From Candidatus Micrarchaeota archaeon (lineage in GTDB: Archaea; Micrarchaeota; Micrarchaeia; Norongarragalinales; UBA8480): a stretch of 64,000 nucleotides of DNA. Under the pieces are notes generated by a model. The model searched no databases and had not been told where the DNA came from. It saw only the letters and a program-made list of their open reading frames with translations. Below, one piece after another: positions 43,485 through 52,558 of the stretch (positions are counted from its first letter, which is position 1; every line of letters begins with the position of its first letter). The stretch is taken from NCBI GenBank assembly GCA_021812145.1, contig JAKAOM010000001.1:21898-85897 (forward strand), read 5' to 3'. A program made the translations under genes and the position numbers.

Positions 43485-45968
43485 ATGAAAAGTTTGAATG
43501 TAAAGAAAATCGCGGTTGCCGCTGTCGGCGCTGCGATGATTGGAGCGGCTTTCGCTGGAGCTGTTTCAGTTCCTTCGAGTTTGTCCAGCTATCAGTTTTT
43601 CAGCAACGGTTCACCTCAGGTGAAGATCGTGGTTGGAAGTGCTGCGGCTGCTAGCGACGCTGTCGCTGCTGCTAACATTGCGGCTATGGTTGGAAACCTT
43701 GCCTACACCAGCACTCCTGTTACAATTAACGGAGAGAGCGGTTTGGCTTGTAGTGGAAGCGCTGGTACTGCTTCATGCAGTGGCGGTTCTGCAACAGTTC
43801 AGGTTACCACTCCTGGTATAAACCCTGCGAGTGCCTACCAGATGACTACTTTGATTAACAGCGCTTTGAACGCCAACTACACTGGCGGTTTGACAAGTCA
43901 GAGTAGGAGCAGTTCAACTAGTTTCACTACTGGATTGAACAACATGATCAGCTCTAGTTATTCTGATTCTTTGAACGCGAAGATAACTCCTTCCAACACC
44001 CCTGTGTTGCAGACTACTAGTTTGAACATTGGAGGAAACTCTATCTCAGAAGAAGAGGACATGTATGCTGCGTCAACTAACCAGTTCTCCAGTATAACTA
44101 ACTCTATTCAGTCTAACAGTATGGGAGCTTACTACGTTGCTTCATTCACTCCTTCTCTTCCAATCTGTACTGACAATGCATACAATGCAAACACTTCAAG
44201 CAGCAGTTATTGTGACGCTAGCGGGAATTTGAACTTAATCGGTGACTCTAGGAACGTTATTCAGTTCTTGGGACAGCCTTGGGTTGTTGAATCTCCTTCT
44301 AACTCTACTGCGCCTGTTTTAAGCTCTGACGGAAAAGGAGTTACCCAGCTTGTTTTGGGTCAGGAGAGTGCTTACTCACCTACCTTGGATATCGGCCAGG
44401 TCGTTACTGCTTCAAACGGTGTTAAAGTTACTTTGAATTCCATTACAGGAGCTTCTGGAGGAAGTGGAGGATTCTACGCTTCTTTCAACGTTACTGCAAC
44501 TGATGGAACTACCCAGATAATTACTTTGAACGAGCAGGCTTCTCAGACTGTTGACGGATTGACTGTCCATGTTGGCAAGATCTTCCCTGGTTTGACTAGC
44601 GGAGTTCAGTATGCTGAAGTTTCGATTTACAGCAACCAGATTACCTTGCAGAACGCGGGTCAGACTATCAGCGGAACCTTGAATTATGGAAACTGGCAGT
44701 CTACTTTCCAGGGTGCTATGAATTCCAACACTCAGGGAATTTCCAAGATAATCGTCTACAATTACAACACTATGAATAGCGTTGTTCCTGGCAGCTCTTA
44801 CAGTTTGATTACAAACTCACCTTTGTACAATTTGAATTACATTGGCGTGACTAACGTGTCTTACTCCCAGTTGACTTTCTCAATAGTTCCTTCAATGAGC
44901 TTGAGATTGAACACTACTGGATGCAGTGAGACTGCGACTTTTAACGCAATTCAGATTACAGCGCCTTCGAACACTTTGTACGACTCTGCGACTGGAGACT
45001 CTTTCAGCACTGGTTATTTGGACTACGCGAACGTTGGATCAACTATTGACAACTCTACTTGCGGAAGCGCTTACAACGCGACTGTTGGTGATATCTACTA
45101 CCAGAATCCTTCGAACACTGCGTTCAACATCAACAACACAGCTTCAGGAATTCAGTTCAGGTACAGCTCTTCTTTGAGCAACTTCCCGACTTTCTCTTAC
45201 AGTGCGCCTTACGTTGGGATTAACGAGACCACTAGCAGAACTGACGGAAGCAGTTTTACTGGACAGATTCAGGCTTACTTGAATGTTAGCCAGAACCAGT
45301 TCACTGATGGAATTGGATCTACGACTTCTGACTCTGTTTTCTACACCGACCCTTCAGGAGGACCGGTTAACTACTCAAACACTGCTGAAAAGCAGGGTTT
45401 CATAACCAACAGAGGAAGCGTTATTTCTGGAATTTCAAGCAACGCTGTCACCATCAACTACGCGAACACTCTTGCTGGAGTGGTTTACACTTTGACTCCT
45501 AGCGGAGTTAACGCTTCAAGCGCTAACACTGCTAACTACACTTTGACTCCTGGCCAAAGCCAGAATTTAGGTGATGGTTACAGTATCACTCTTGCTAGTG
45601 TTGGAAGTGCAAGCTCCACTACAACTGGAGGAAACGCTTCAATTTCAGGCCTTAGTGGTTTGAGTGCTTCACCTGCCAATGCAGAGACTGTTGTTCCTTT
45701 GAACACTGCGTCAACGCCTTTGGTTGAGTTCGACAGTCAAGCTTCGACCACCCAGCCTTTGATTGTGGTTGGAGGGCCTGCGGTTAACACTGTTGCGGCT
45801 AGTTTGGCTAGTCAGGGAAGCGTGAGTTTGAACGCTCCTGGCGATGCTGTCGTGCAGGAAATCGGCAATGACATTCTTGTTGCTGGATACACTGCTGCCG
45901 ACACCCAGAGTGCTGCGAACGCGTTGATTGCGTGGATGGCTCAGAACGCTGCGAGCATTGCTCACTGA
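43485..45968 (+). CDS. large secreted Ser/Thr/Asn-rich surface glycoprotein (S-layer-like candidate)
   Basis: signal peptide MKSLNVKKIAVAAVGAAMIGAAFAGA; ~830 aa low-complexity β-rich composition with dozens of N-x-S/T sequons. Confidence 0.45.
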   Translation: MKSLNVKKIAVAAVGAAMIGAAFAGAVSVPSSLSSYQFFSNGSPQVKIVVGSAAAASDAVAAANIAAMVGNLAYTSTPVTINGESGLACSGSAGTASCSGGSATVQVTTPGINPASAYQMTTLINSALNANYTGGLTSQSRSSSTSFTTGLNNMISSSYSDSLNAKITPSNTPVLQTTSLNIGGNSISEEEDMYAASTNQFSSITNSIQSNSMGAYYVASFTPSLPICTDNAYNANTSSSSYCDASGNLNLIGDSRNVIQFLGQPWVVESPSNSTAPVLSSDGKGVTQLVLGQESAYSPTLDIGQVVTASNGVKVTLNSITGASGGSGGFYASFNVTATDGTTQIITLNEQASQTVDGLTVHVGKIFPGLTSGVQYAEVSIYSNQITLQNAGQTISGTLNYGNWQSTFQGAMNSNTQGISKIIVYNYNTMNSVVPGSSYSLITNSPLYNLNYIGVTNVSYSQLTFSIVPSMSLRLNTTGCSETATFNAIQITAPSNTLYDSATGDSFSTGYLDYANVGSTIDNSTCGSAYNATVGDIYYQNPSNTAFNINNTASGIQFRYSSSLSNFPTFSYSAPYVGINETTSRTDGSSFTGQIQAYLNVSQNQFTDGIGSTTSDSVFYTDPSGGPVNYSNTAEKQGFITNRGSVISGISSNAVTINYANTLAGVVYTLTPSGVNASSANTANYTLTPGQSQNLGDGYSITLASVGSASSTTTGGNASISGLSGLSASPANAETVVPLNTASTPLVEFDSQASTTQPLIVVGGPAVNTVAASLASQGSVSLNAPGDAVVQEIGNDILVAGYTAADTQSAANALIAWMAQNAASIAH

Positions 45969-46054
45969 GTTTTCTGAAAAGTTTTTTTTTAAACTAGGGA
46001 GGGGGTTTTTTTTCTCCCCTCCTTTTTTTCTATTTTTTTTCTTTCTATTAGAAA

Positions 46055-47263
46055 TTGATGTTTAGTATGGTGGATTGGAAGGGTTTTGTTTGGAAGTTTA
46101 TTGCTTTTATTCTAATTGTTGCTTTCGTCGTTCAGTTTTTTCCATTGTCGAATAATTCAAACAGCGGGAGCGTGGTTAATTCTACTGTTGGCAATTTTTC
46201 AGGTTCTGTTTCTCTTAACGCCAGCATTAGTTTTTTTGACGGGAATAACTACGTTTTTTGCAATTCTTCTGATCAAGCAGGAGTTTCCAGCGCTTTGAGT
46301 GGTTTTTTCGGCAATAGAAGTTTGTTTGAGGGCAGCGTTCCTCAGGTTGGTTTGGAGTTTCTTGTGCAAGCCTCCAACTATTCTACTGTGGTGAATAGGG
46401 TGCGTTTCGCTTTGAGCGGTTTATGCAATCCTGTTGTTTTTAGGGAGGCTGGCGTGCAGGTTTCTGACTCCAGCGTTTCTGTTAATTCTTCAAGTGGATT
46501 GTTCTCCCTGAATGGGTACCTGTTTGGGCAGTTTGCTGTTCAGAACGGGGTTGTTGGCAGTGTTAATAATTTGACCATTTTTGGGGTTCCTGCTTTGATT
46601 GCGGATAGTTCTGCTTTGCCCGAGGGTAATGTTTCTTTAAGTGGAGTTGTTGGTTTTGCCAATAATTCTATTCAGAGTGTGAGGCTGGTTCAGTTTGATT
46701 ACACTCCTTCTTTTGGCTTTGTCAGCGGGGTTTTGAATGGTTCTGTAGTTAATTTTACTGGTTTTAAGGCTGTTTTGCAGGTTCCTTGGAGTGTTAGAAG
46801 CGCTAATTTCTCTGTTTTTAACTCTTCACCGTCTGTTGTCTTGAATGATTCGGTGGTTGTTCCTGGAAACGTGTCTAGCGTTTTTGCTTTGAATCGCTCT
46901 TTTGACGGTAATTTCACTGTTTTGACTTTCCCTTCCAATTTCACCAACAAGAGTTTGCTGAATTTTTCAAACGCTGTTTTTTCAAACTCTACTTTTACTT
47001 TTGTTTTTAACTCTTCTGACTCTTTTGGCAATGTTTCTTCTTATTTGAAGGGTTTGGGTTTTGGCTTTAACCTATACCGCGAGGCTTTATTTTCTTTCAA
47101 TGAAAGTGATTTTCTTGATCGCTTTGGCTTTTACAATTCCTCTCTTTTGAGCGGTTTGGCTGGCGACGTGGCGGTTGGTGATAATTTGTCTCTTAACGTT
47201 TCAGGGGTTGCTGAGGATGGAGTTCTTGTGGGGGTTAGTGCAGTCCAGGCTAATCTTTCCTGA
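46055..47263 (+). CDS. secreted Asn/Ser/Val-rich surface protein
   Basis: N-terminal TM/signal anchor, ~40 N-x-S/T sequons (NFS, NAS, NSS…). Confidence 0.4.
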   Translation: MMFSMVDWKGFVWKFIAFILIVAFVVQFFPLSNNSNSGSVVNSTVGNFSGSVSLNASISFFDGNNYVFCNSSDQAGVSSALSGFFGNRSLFEGSVPQVGLEFLVQASNYSTVVNRVRFALSGLCNPVVFREAGVQVSDSSVSVNSSSGLFSLNGYLFGQFAVQNGVVGSVNNLTIFGVPALIADSSALPEGNVSLSGVVGFANNSIQSVRLVQFDYTPSFGFVSGVLNGSVVNFTGFKAVLQVPWSVRSANFSVFNSSPSVVLNDSVVVPGNVSSVFALNRSFDGNFTVLTFPSNFTNKSLLNFSNAVFSNSTFTFVFNSSDSFGNVSSYLKGLGFGFNLYREALFSFNESDFLDRFGFYNSSLLSGLAGDVAVGDNLSLNVSGVAEDGVLVGVSAVQANLS

Positions 47264-47267
47264 CTTT

Positions 47268-47960
47268 TTATTCCACTCTTGTTTTTATTAGCATTTTTAG
47301 CGCTTTTACTCCGTCTTTCCAGTTTATTTTTTTTCCTTCGCTGAAGCTTCTTGGATTGAAAGTTATTGGGATTTCAGTTATTTTTAGTCCTTTCTTAAGT
47401 ATTTTTCCGGTTATTTCAGGTTCGAATTCGAAGCCTTTTGCTTTTAAGTTCATTTTTTTAACCGCGTTTTTTCTGAATATTTTATATCCTGTTTCCATGT
47501 CGGATATTTTACTTAGGTAGATTGCGCTTGTGAGCGCGTTTAGGATTAGGTTGCCTATGGTGTGCACTATTATTTTCGTAGGGATGTTTTTGTTGAATCT
47601 TACTCCGTATACTACCTGAATTTTTTTGTCGTTGAATGGTTTAAGCAGTTTTTCGTAGTTTTCTGGGTCGTACTCTAAGTCGGCGTCCTGTATTAGTATT
47701 ATGTTTCCTGTTGATTTTTTTATTCCGTTTATAACCGCGGCTCCCTTTCCTTTGTTTTTTTTATGAAATATTTTTTTAACCCCTTTTATTTTTTGTATTA
47801 TGCTTTTGCTTTTGTCCGTGCTGCCGTCGTCTATTATTATTATTTCTTTTTTGAGTTTGAGCGTGTTTGATTTTTTTACCTTTTCAACCACTTTTTTTAT
47901 TTTTTTTTCTTCGTTGTAGACTGGTATTATTATGGATATTTTCATTTTTATGAGTTTCAC
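47268..47960 (-). CDS. GT2 dolichyl-phosphate sugar synthase-like glycosyltransferase
   Basis: MKISIIIPVYNEEKKI…IIIDDGSTDKS…QDADLEYDPE (Dpm1/AglD-like). Confidence 0.6.
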   Translation of the reverse strand: MKLIKMKISIIIPVYNEEKKIKKVVEKVKKSNTLKLKKEIIIIDDGSTDKSKSIIQKIKGVKKIFHKKNKGKGAAVINGIKKSTGNIILIQDADLEYDPENYEKLLKPFNDKKIQVVYGVRFNKNIPTKIIVHTIGNLILNALTSAIYLSKISDMETGYKIFRKNAVKKMNLKAKGFEFEPEITGKILKKGLKITEIPITFNPRSFSEGKKINWKDGVKALKMLIKTRVE

Positions 47961-47989
47961 TTTTTTTGGTATTATGTTTGTTTTAAATT

Positions 47990-49588
47990 TTGGAGTTAAT
48001 GTTTTTAAACTATTGCGTCTTATTCTATTTTTTAATGTCTGTTGCAGCTTGGTTTGAAAGGGTTGTTAATAATTTGAGCTTTAGGGACAAGCTTGCTTTA
48101 GTTTTGGCTTTTTGCGTTTTTTTGTTTTTGGTTTATTTTAACCAGAATACCGGCGTGTGGTGGGATGGAGCTTCTTTCATTCAGGTGGCTCAGAAGTTCT
48201 TGGGTCAGTCGTTTTGCGTTCCAGCGGATAACAGACTTCCGGGTTTTCCCCTTCTTATGCTTCCTGTGATAGCGTTTTTTTCTGTTAATTTTACTTTGCT
48301 TCATTTGGAGGTTTTTGTTTTTGCTTTTCTAAGTCTTATCGCCACCTATCTTTTAGGCCGTCAGCTTTATGATGACCGTTTGGGTTTGGCTGCTGAGTTT
48401 CTTGTTGGTTTTTCGTGGTTGTTTTTCTTTTATTCCGAGCGTATTTTGGCGCATGTTCCGGGATTGTTTTTCAGCACTTTAGGATTGTATTTGCTGTTGA
48501 GCGGTTGGGATAAGAGTTTGAAGAGGGTTTTTCTTGGCGGTTTGATGCTTGGTGTTTATCTTACTATAAGAATTGACTCCCTGTTTTTGCTTTTGCCGGT
48601 TGCTTTGTTCTTTCTTATTGAGAAGAGGGAGCGTTTGTTTGTTGAATTGCAGTCTTATTACTCTGTTGCCGGGTTTTTGGTTCCGGTTATTCTTTTCATG
48701 ATTTGGCAATTCGCTGTCTTTGGATCTCCGATTGCTATGTTATCCAATAATCTTTTGATTAATGGCAATTCTAACGTTGGTCTGCTGGCTGGTTTGACGC
48801 ATAGTTTCAGTTGGGATTATTTTACTTTTTCAATGCTTTCGCATTCTTTTGGTTTGTTTGTTTTGGTTTTTCTTGTTTTGGGCTTGGTTTATCTCTTTTA
48901 CAAGCATGATAGAAGCGCTAGGTTCCTTCTTTTGATTTTTGTTTTGTTTTTATTTCTTCTTTCTTTAAGCCCTCAGAAGGAGGATAGATTTTTGATTCCC
49001 CTACTTCCCATAGTAATGGTTATAACCGCTGTTTTTGCTTTGAAGGTAGCAGAATTTTTGAAGAGCCTTTTGAGTTTGGGTTTTGACGTGAATTTTGTGT
49101 TCGTGCCTATTGTCTTTGTTTTGGCGGTTCAATCCATGTTTTATGGTTTTCCTATTTTTCAGTCGAAGGTTACCACTTATACCGTTCCAGTTCAGATGAG
49201 CTCTGTTATAGGCTCTAATCTTAATAACGCTACGATAGTTGCTCCGTTTGCGGATAGCGCTCCCGACCCCCAGCTTTGCCTGTTCGCTTCTGATGAGAAT
49301 TATGTCAATTATCCTTCAACTCTTGCGGGTTTGGAGGCTATGCCGCTTAACACGTATGTCTACTATTCATTTCCTTACGATGGTAATGTTAATTATCTGT
49401 CTATTCAGCAGTTTTTTGTGCAGAATAATCTAGGGCAGACTGTTCTTGATAATGCTGCGTGCAGGGATTTTCTTAACTCGACCGGTCTTCAGGTTGTAAG
49501 CGTTTTGGTGGAAAATCAGACTAGTGCGGTTAGCATTCTTTACCGAAAGGTTGAGCCTGGAAGCGTTACAAGTTTCGGCGTTTGCTGA
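47990..49588 (+). CDS. polytopic membrane protein, putative GT-C glycosyltransferase (ArnT/PMT-like) partnered with the upstream Dpm1-like GT2
   Basis: 532 aa, ~11 TMs in N-terminal 2/3, extracytoplasmic C-terminal domain; divergent from DPM-synthase-like gene. Confidence 0.35.
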   Translation: MELMFLNYCVLFYFLMSVAAWFERVVNNLSFRDKLALVLAFCVFLFLVYFNQNTGVWWDGASFIQVAQKFLGQSFCVPADNRLPGFPLLMLPVIAFFSVNFTLLHLEVFVFAFLSLIATYLLGRQLYDDRLGLAAEFLVGFSWLFFFYSERILAHVPGLFFSTLGLYLLLSGWDKSLKRVFLGGLMLGVYLTIRIDSLFLLLPVALFFLIEKRERLFVELQSYYSVAGFLVPVILFMIWQFAVFGSPIAMLSNNLLINGNSNVGLLAGLTHSFSWDYFTFSMLSHSFGLFVLVFLVLGLVYLFYKHDRSARFLLLIFVLFLFLLSLSPQKEDRFLIPLLPIVMVITAVFALKVAEFLKSLLSLGFDVNFVFVPIVFVLAVQSMFYGFPIFQSKVTTYTVPVQMSSVIGSNLNNATIVAPFADSAPDPQLCLFASDENYVNYPSTLAGLEAMPLNTYVYYSFPYDGNVNYLSIQQFFVQNNLGQTVLDNAACRDFLNSTGLQVVSVLVENQTSAVSILYRKVEPGSVTSFGVC

Positions 49589-49686
49589 ACCTATGAATTC
49601 TGTGCGTTGTGGTTGTTGGGGTTATGTTTTTTTAAGCTTAATTGTTTTAATTAACACACATATCTTACGTTTGGTGTTTTTAAGAA

Positions 49687-50241
49687 ATGCGTTTTTTGGA
49701 GGTTGAGCTCGGTTTTAAGAAGCGGGAAGCTAGCGATTTTAGCAAGAGCGTCGTTTGCGTGGTTACTGGAGAGGGGGCTCTTCCACGGGCTTTGGATGAA
49801 ACTCTTGAGAAAACAAAGGTCGGAGGCAACGGTGTTTTGAGTTTGACTCCTGAAAATAGTTTTGGTTTTAGGAGCTCTGAATTGATAAAAGTTGTTAATT
49901 TGAATTTTTTCAGGAGGGAGGGTTTGAATCCTGTTCCTGGAATGGTCTTGCTTTTTGACGGAGTGCCTGGAAGGATTAAAAGCGTTAGCGGTGGAAGGGC
50001 AGTTGTGGATTTGAATCCAGAGCTTGCCGGCGAGTTTTTGGATTGTTCTTTCAATGTTTTGAAGGAGTTCAAGAGTGATGAAGAAATTGTAACCGGCTTT
50101 GGGGGTAAGTTGGGTTCTGTTTCTTTTAGGGACGGTTCGGTTGTTGTAAAGCTTAATTCAGATGTTAGTGAAGGGGAGAAGGAGAAATTCAAAATTTTAG
50201 TTGGAAAGCGCTCTTCTTTTAAGGGTGTTGTCTTCGAGTAG
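49687..50241 (+). CDS. FKBP-type peptidyl-prolyl cis-trans isomerase (SlyD-like, with IF insert)
   Basis: VVTGEGALPRALDETLEKTKVGGNGVLSLTPENSFG… and AVVDLNPELAGEFLDCSFNVLKEFKSDEE align with SlyD …VDFNHPLAGKTL-F-VEV-EVREATEEE. Confidence 0.55.
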   Translation: MRFLEVELGFKKREASDFSKSVVCVVTGEGALPRALDETLEKTKVGGNGVLSLTPENSFGFRSSELIKVVNLNFFRREGLNPVPGMVLLFDGVPGRIKSVSGGRAVVDLNPELAGEFLDCSFNVLKEFKSDEEIVTGFGGKLGSVSFRDGSVVVKLNSDVSEGEKEKFKILVGKRSSFKGVVFE

Positions 50242-50262
50242 ATTTCGTTAGAGTGTTTTTGC

Positions 50263-50451
50263 ATGTTTGTTTTTGTGAAGAGTGGCGAGAGGAGGAAGCG
50301 GGTGGTGGTGAAGGCTGGAGCGTTGGCGGGCAGCGTGGTCAAGTTGAGTGAGGTTGGCGTGCTGAAGGTGAATGGGAAGGTAGCTCACCCTAAAAAAGTG
50401 TTGAAGGAAGGGGACGTGGTGGAGTTCGTTCGCGTTGTTTACGGCGGATAG
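50263..50451 (+). CDS. ThiS/MoaD-family ubiquitin-like small archaeal modifier protein (SAMP), C-terminal GG
   Basis: 62 aa ending …VLKEGDVVEFVRVVYGG (β-grasp sulfur-carrier signature). Confidence 0.55.
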   Translation: MFVFVKSGERRKRVVVKAGALAGSVVKLSEVGVLKVNGKVAHPKKVLKEGDVVEFVRVVYGG

Positions 50452-50494
50452 TTTTTCTTTTAATTTTTGTTTTTCAACGATAGGCGTTTTTTTT

Positions 50495-51415
50495 ATGGTC
50501 GAGTGCAGTTTGTGCGGCAGGGAAGCGGTTGTAGAGTTGAATTACAACGGTTTTTCTCTGTGCGAGGGTTGTTTTGTAAGGCAGTTTGAACGCAGGGTTA
50601 GGAAGGCTTTGAGACTGGCTGGTTTTTTCAAGCGAGGTGCGCGTGTGTTGGTTGGGGTTAGTGGAGGCAAGGATAGCGCTGCTTTGTTGAGTGTGTTGGC
50701 TAAGTTTAACTCGCGCGTTGGAGCGGTTTTGCTACCTGTTCTTGTTGACGAGGGTATTGACGGTTATAGAAATAAGGCGAGGGTGACTGCTGAGAAACTT
50801 TGCGCTTCTCTTGATTTGGAACTTAATGTTTATAGTTTTAGGGATTTGTTTGGTTTTGGTTTGGACGAAGTGGAGGGTTTGGATTCTGCCAGGGATGCCT
50901 GCGCTTTTTGCGGAGTTTGGAGAAGGTGGGTTTTGAATAAGGCTGCTGTTGACTTGCATGCTGACGCGGTGGTGGTTGGGCATAACGCTGACGATGTTGG
51001 CCAGAGTTTTCTTATGAATTTGCTGAGGAATAGCTCAAGCGTTTTGAGTAGGAGTGGGTTGGAGAGTGGGGGGGTTAAGGGTTTGTTTGTCCCGCGTTTC
51101 AAGCCTTTGGCTTTTAATTTGGAAAGGGAGAGTGCGATTTATTGTTTTTTGAGAGATATTCCCTTCTATCTTGGAGGCTGCCCTTACTATGCTGGTTTCA
51201 GGGTTGGAATTAAGGACTTTCTGAACGAGGTTGAGGGGGTTTATCCTGGCAGCAAGTTTGCTTTGAGCAAGGCTTCTTTTGAGGTTCAGAAGGCTCTTCC
51301 GTCGGATAAACGCCGCGTTTTTAAGTGTTCAAAGTGTGGGTTTAGTTCTTCCAGCGATGTTTGCATGGCCTGTTCGCTGCGCGATGAAGTGGGTGTTTTG
51401 TTTAAGAAGGGCTAG
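50495..51415 (+). CDS. PP-loop tRNA thiolation ATPase (NcsA/TtuA family) with N- and C-terminal zinc fingers
   Basis: CSLCG…CEGC, PP-loop VGVSGGKDSAAL, C-terminal CSKCG…CMAC. Confidence 0.65.
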   Translation: MVECSLCGREAVVELNYNGFSLCEGCFVRQFERRVRKALRLAGFFKRGARVLVGVSGGKDSAALLSVLAKFNSRVGAVLLPVLVDEGIDGYRNKARVTAEKLCASLDLELNVYSFRDLFGFGLDEVEGLDSARDACAFCGVWRRWVLNKAAVDLHADAVVVGHNADDVGQSFLMNLLRNSSSVLSRSGLESGGVKGLFVPRFKPLAFNLERESAIYCFLRDIPFYLGGCPYYAGFRVGIKDFLNEVEGVYPGSKFALSKASFEVQKALPSDKRRVFKCSKCGFSSSSDVCMACSLRDEVGVLFKKG

Positions 51416-51599
51416 AGTTTTTCTTGATTCTTTTTTCTATAGCTCCCGCAAGCTTGTTTACCTGCACGTTGTTTTTAAGATTGTATTTTTCTTTTATTTT
51501 TCTTTTTACTTCATTGAAGTTTTCACTTGAATTTTTGAAGTCTTGCTCATATATTTTTTCAGCAGTCTTGTGTATTTCAAAGCTTTTTGTTCTTCCCAT
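51402..51599 (-). CDS. rps17e: 30S ribosomal protein S17e
   Basis: MGRTKSFEIHKTAEKIYEQ…NKLAGAIEKRIKK resembles S17e (MG-IRT--VKR-A-E--E…NKIAGY). Confidence 0.55.
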   Translation of the reverse strand: MGRTKSFEIHKTAEKIYEQDFKNSSENFNEVKRKIKEKYNLKNNVQVNKLAGAIEKRIKKNSSPS

Positions 51600-51655
51600 T
51601 TTTTCCAACCAACCTCTTTTTTTTGAATTTTATTTTTCTCCGCGTTGCGCGTGAT

Positions 51656-51746
51656 TAGCCCCGAGCGGATTCGAACCGCTGTCAACAGGTCCAAAGCCTG
51701 CTATCCTTAGCTTTTTTTTTAAATTTAGCCGCTAGACGACGGGGCT
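51656..51746 (-). tRNA. tRNA-Gln (anticodon TTG) with ~18-nt A/T-rich intron in the D-loop
   Basis: revcomp AGCCCCG-TC-GTCT-AGCGGCTAA[ATTTAAAAAAAAAGCTAA]GGAT-A-GCAGG-CTTTGGA-CCTGT-TGAC-AGCGG-TTCGAAT-CCGCT-CGGGGCT-A; perfect acceptor/T-arm/anticodon arm; D-loop only normal length if 18 nt are removed. Confidence 0.6.
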
Positions 51747-51794
51747 TTTTTTGAACCTCTTTGTTTTTTTGGTTGCTTTTAGTTTTTTAATTTT

Positions 51795-52418
51795 TTGCCG
51801 CGTGTTTTTTACGGTCTTCCTGTTGGTTTTTTATACTTGTTTGTTTTTTATTTGTGTTATATGGTCGGAGTCAAGCTTTTCAGGTTTACCCTGTTCTTGT
51901 TGGATAATATATTTGCCTTTTCAGCGGTTATACTGCTTATTTCTTTAGGGGTTAGCGTTTATCTTTTTTTGATGCGTTTTTTTCCAAGTGTCAGGCCAGT
52001 TTGGTTTGAGTGGGTTAGCGTGGCGCTTTTGGGTTTATTGCCTTTGATTGTTTTTTTTGGATTGATTGTTTTTATGCTTTTGATTTTCGATGTTTTGGTG
52101 TCTGTTTTTCCAGAACAAAGTTTGACTGTGCCTTTCACTGTCGAGGTTGTAAAAGCTAGAATCACCAGGGTTTTTGCTGAAAAGGAAGTGCCGTGGTTTT
52201 TGTTCAGCGCTGTTTTTGGTTTTGAGGGTTTTTTAATGGTTTTTTTCAGGAAGATTTTCAGGTTGCGACCGCCTATTTCTTATTTTTCCAGAAAGCCTTT
52301 CGTGTTGATTAGGCTTTATGATAGGGGTGCTTCAACCAGCGTTTCTATTGTTTCAGATTCAAATATTAGAGCAAGGACTTTGGCTAAGTATGTTGAGACT
52401 TCTATTAAGTACCTGTGA
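51795..52418 (+). CDS. polytopic membrane protein, unknown function
   Basis: 207 aa, 4-5 TM helices. Confidence 0.3.
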   Translation: MPRVFYGLPVGFLYLFVFYLCYMVGVKLFRFTLFLLDNIFAFSAVILLISLGVSVYLFLMRFFPSVRPVWFEWVSVALLGLLPLIVFFGLIVFMLLIFDVLVSVFPEQSLTVPFTVEVVKARITRVFAEKEVPWFLFSAVFGFEGFLMVFFRKIFRLRPPISYFSRKPFVLIRLYDRGASTSVSIVSDSNIRARTLAKYVETSIKYL

Positions 52419-52558
52419 TTCTTTAATTCGTTTTATAAGTAATAGGGTTATAAACCGTTTTTTTTGTTGTGTTTCAAAGTCAGTGGAAAGGTTTAAATTA
52501 CATTTTCGCTTTTTAATTTGAAGGGAGAGCCTTTCCAGTTTTAAGGGTTGATTGCACT

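Noticed and set aside
49680-50342. 220-aa minus-strand ORF overlapping FKBP gene
   Set aside because: Pro/Ser/Thr/Lys-rich antisense translation; plus strand aligns convincingly with SlyD-type FKBP
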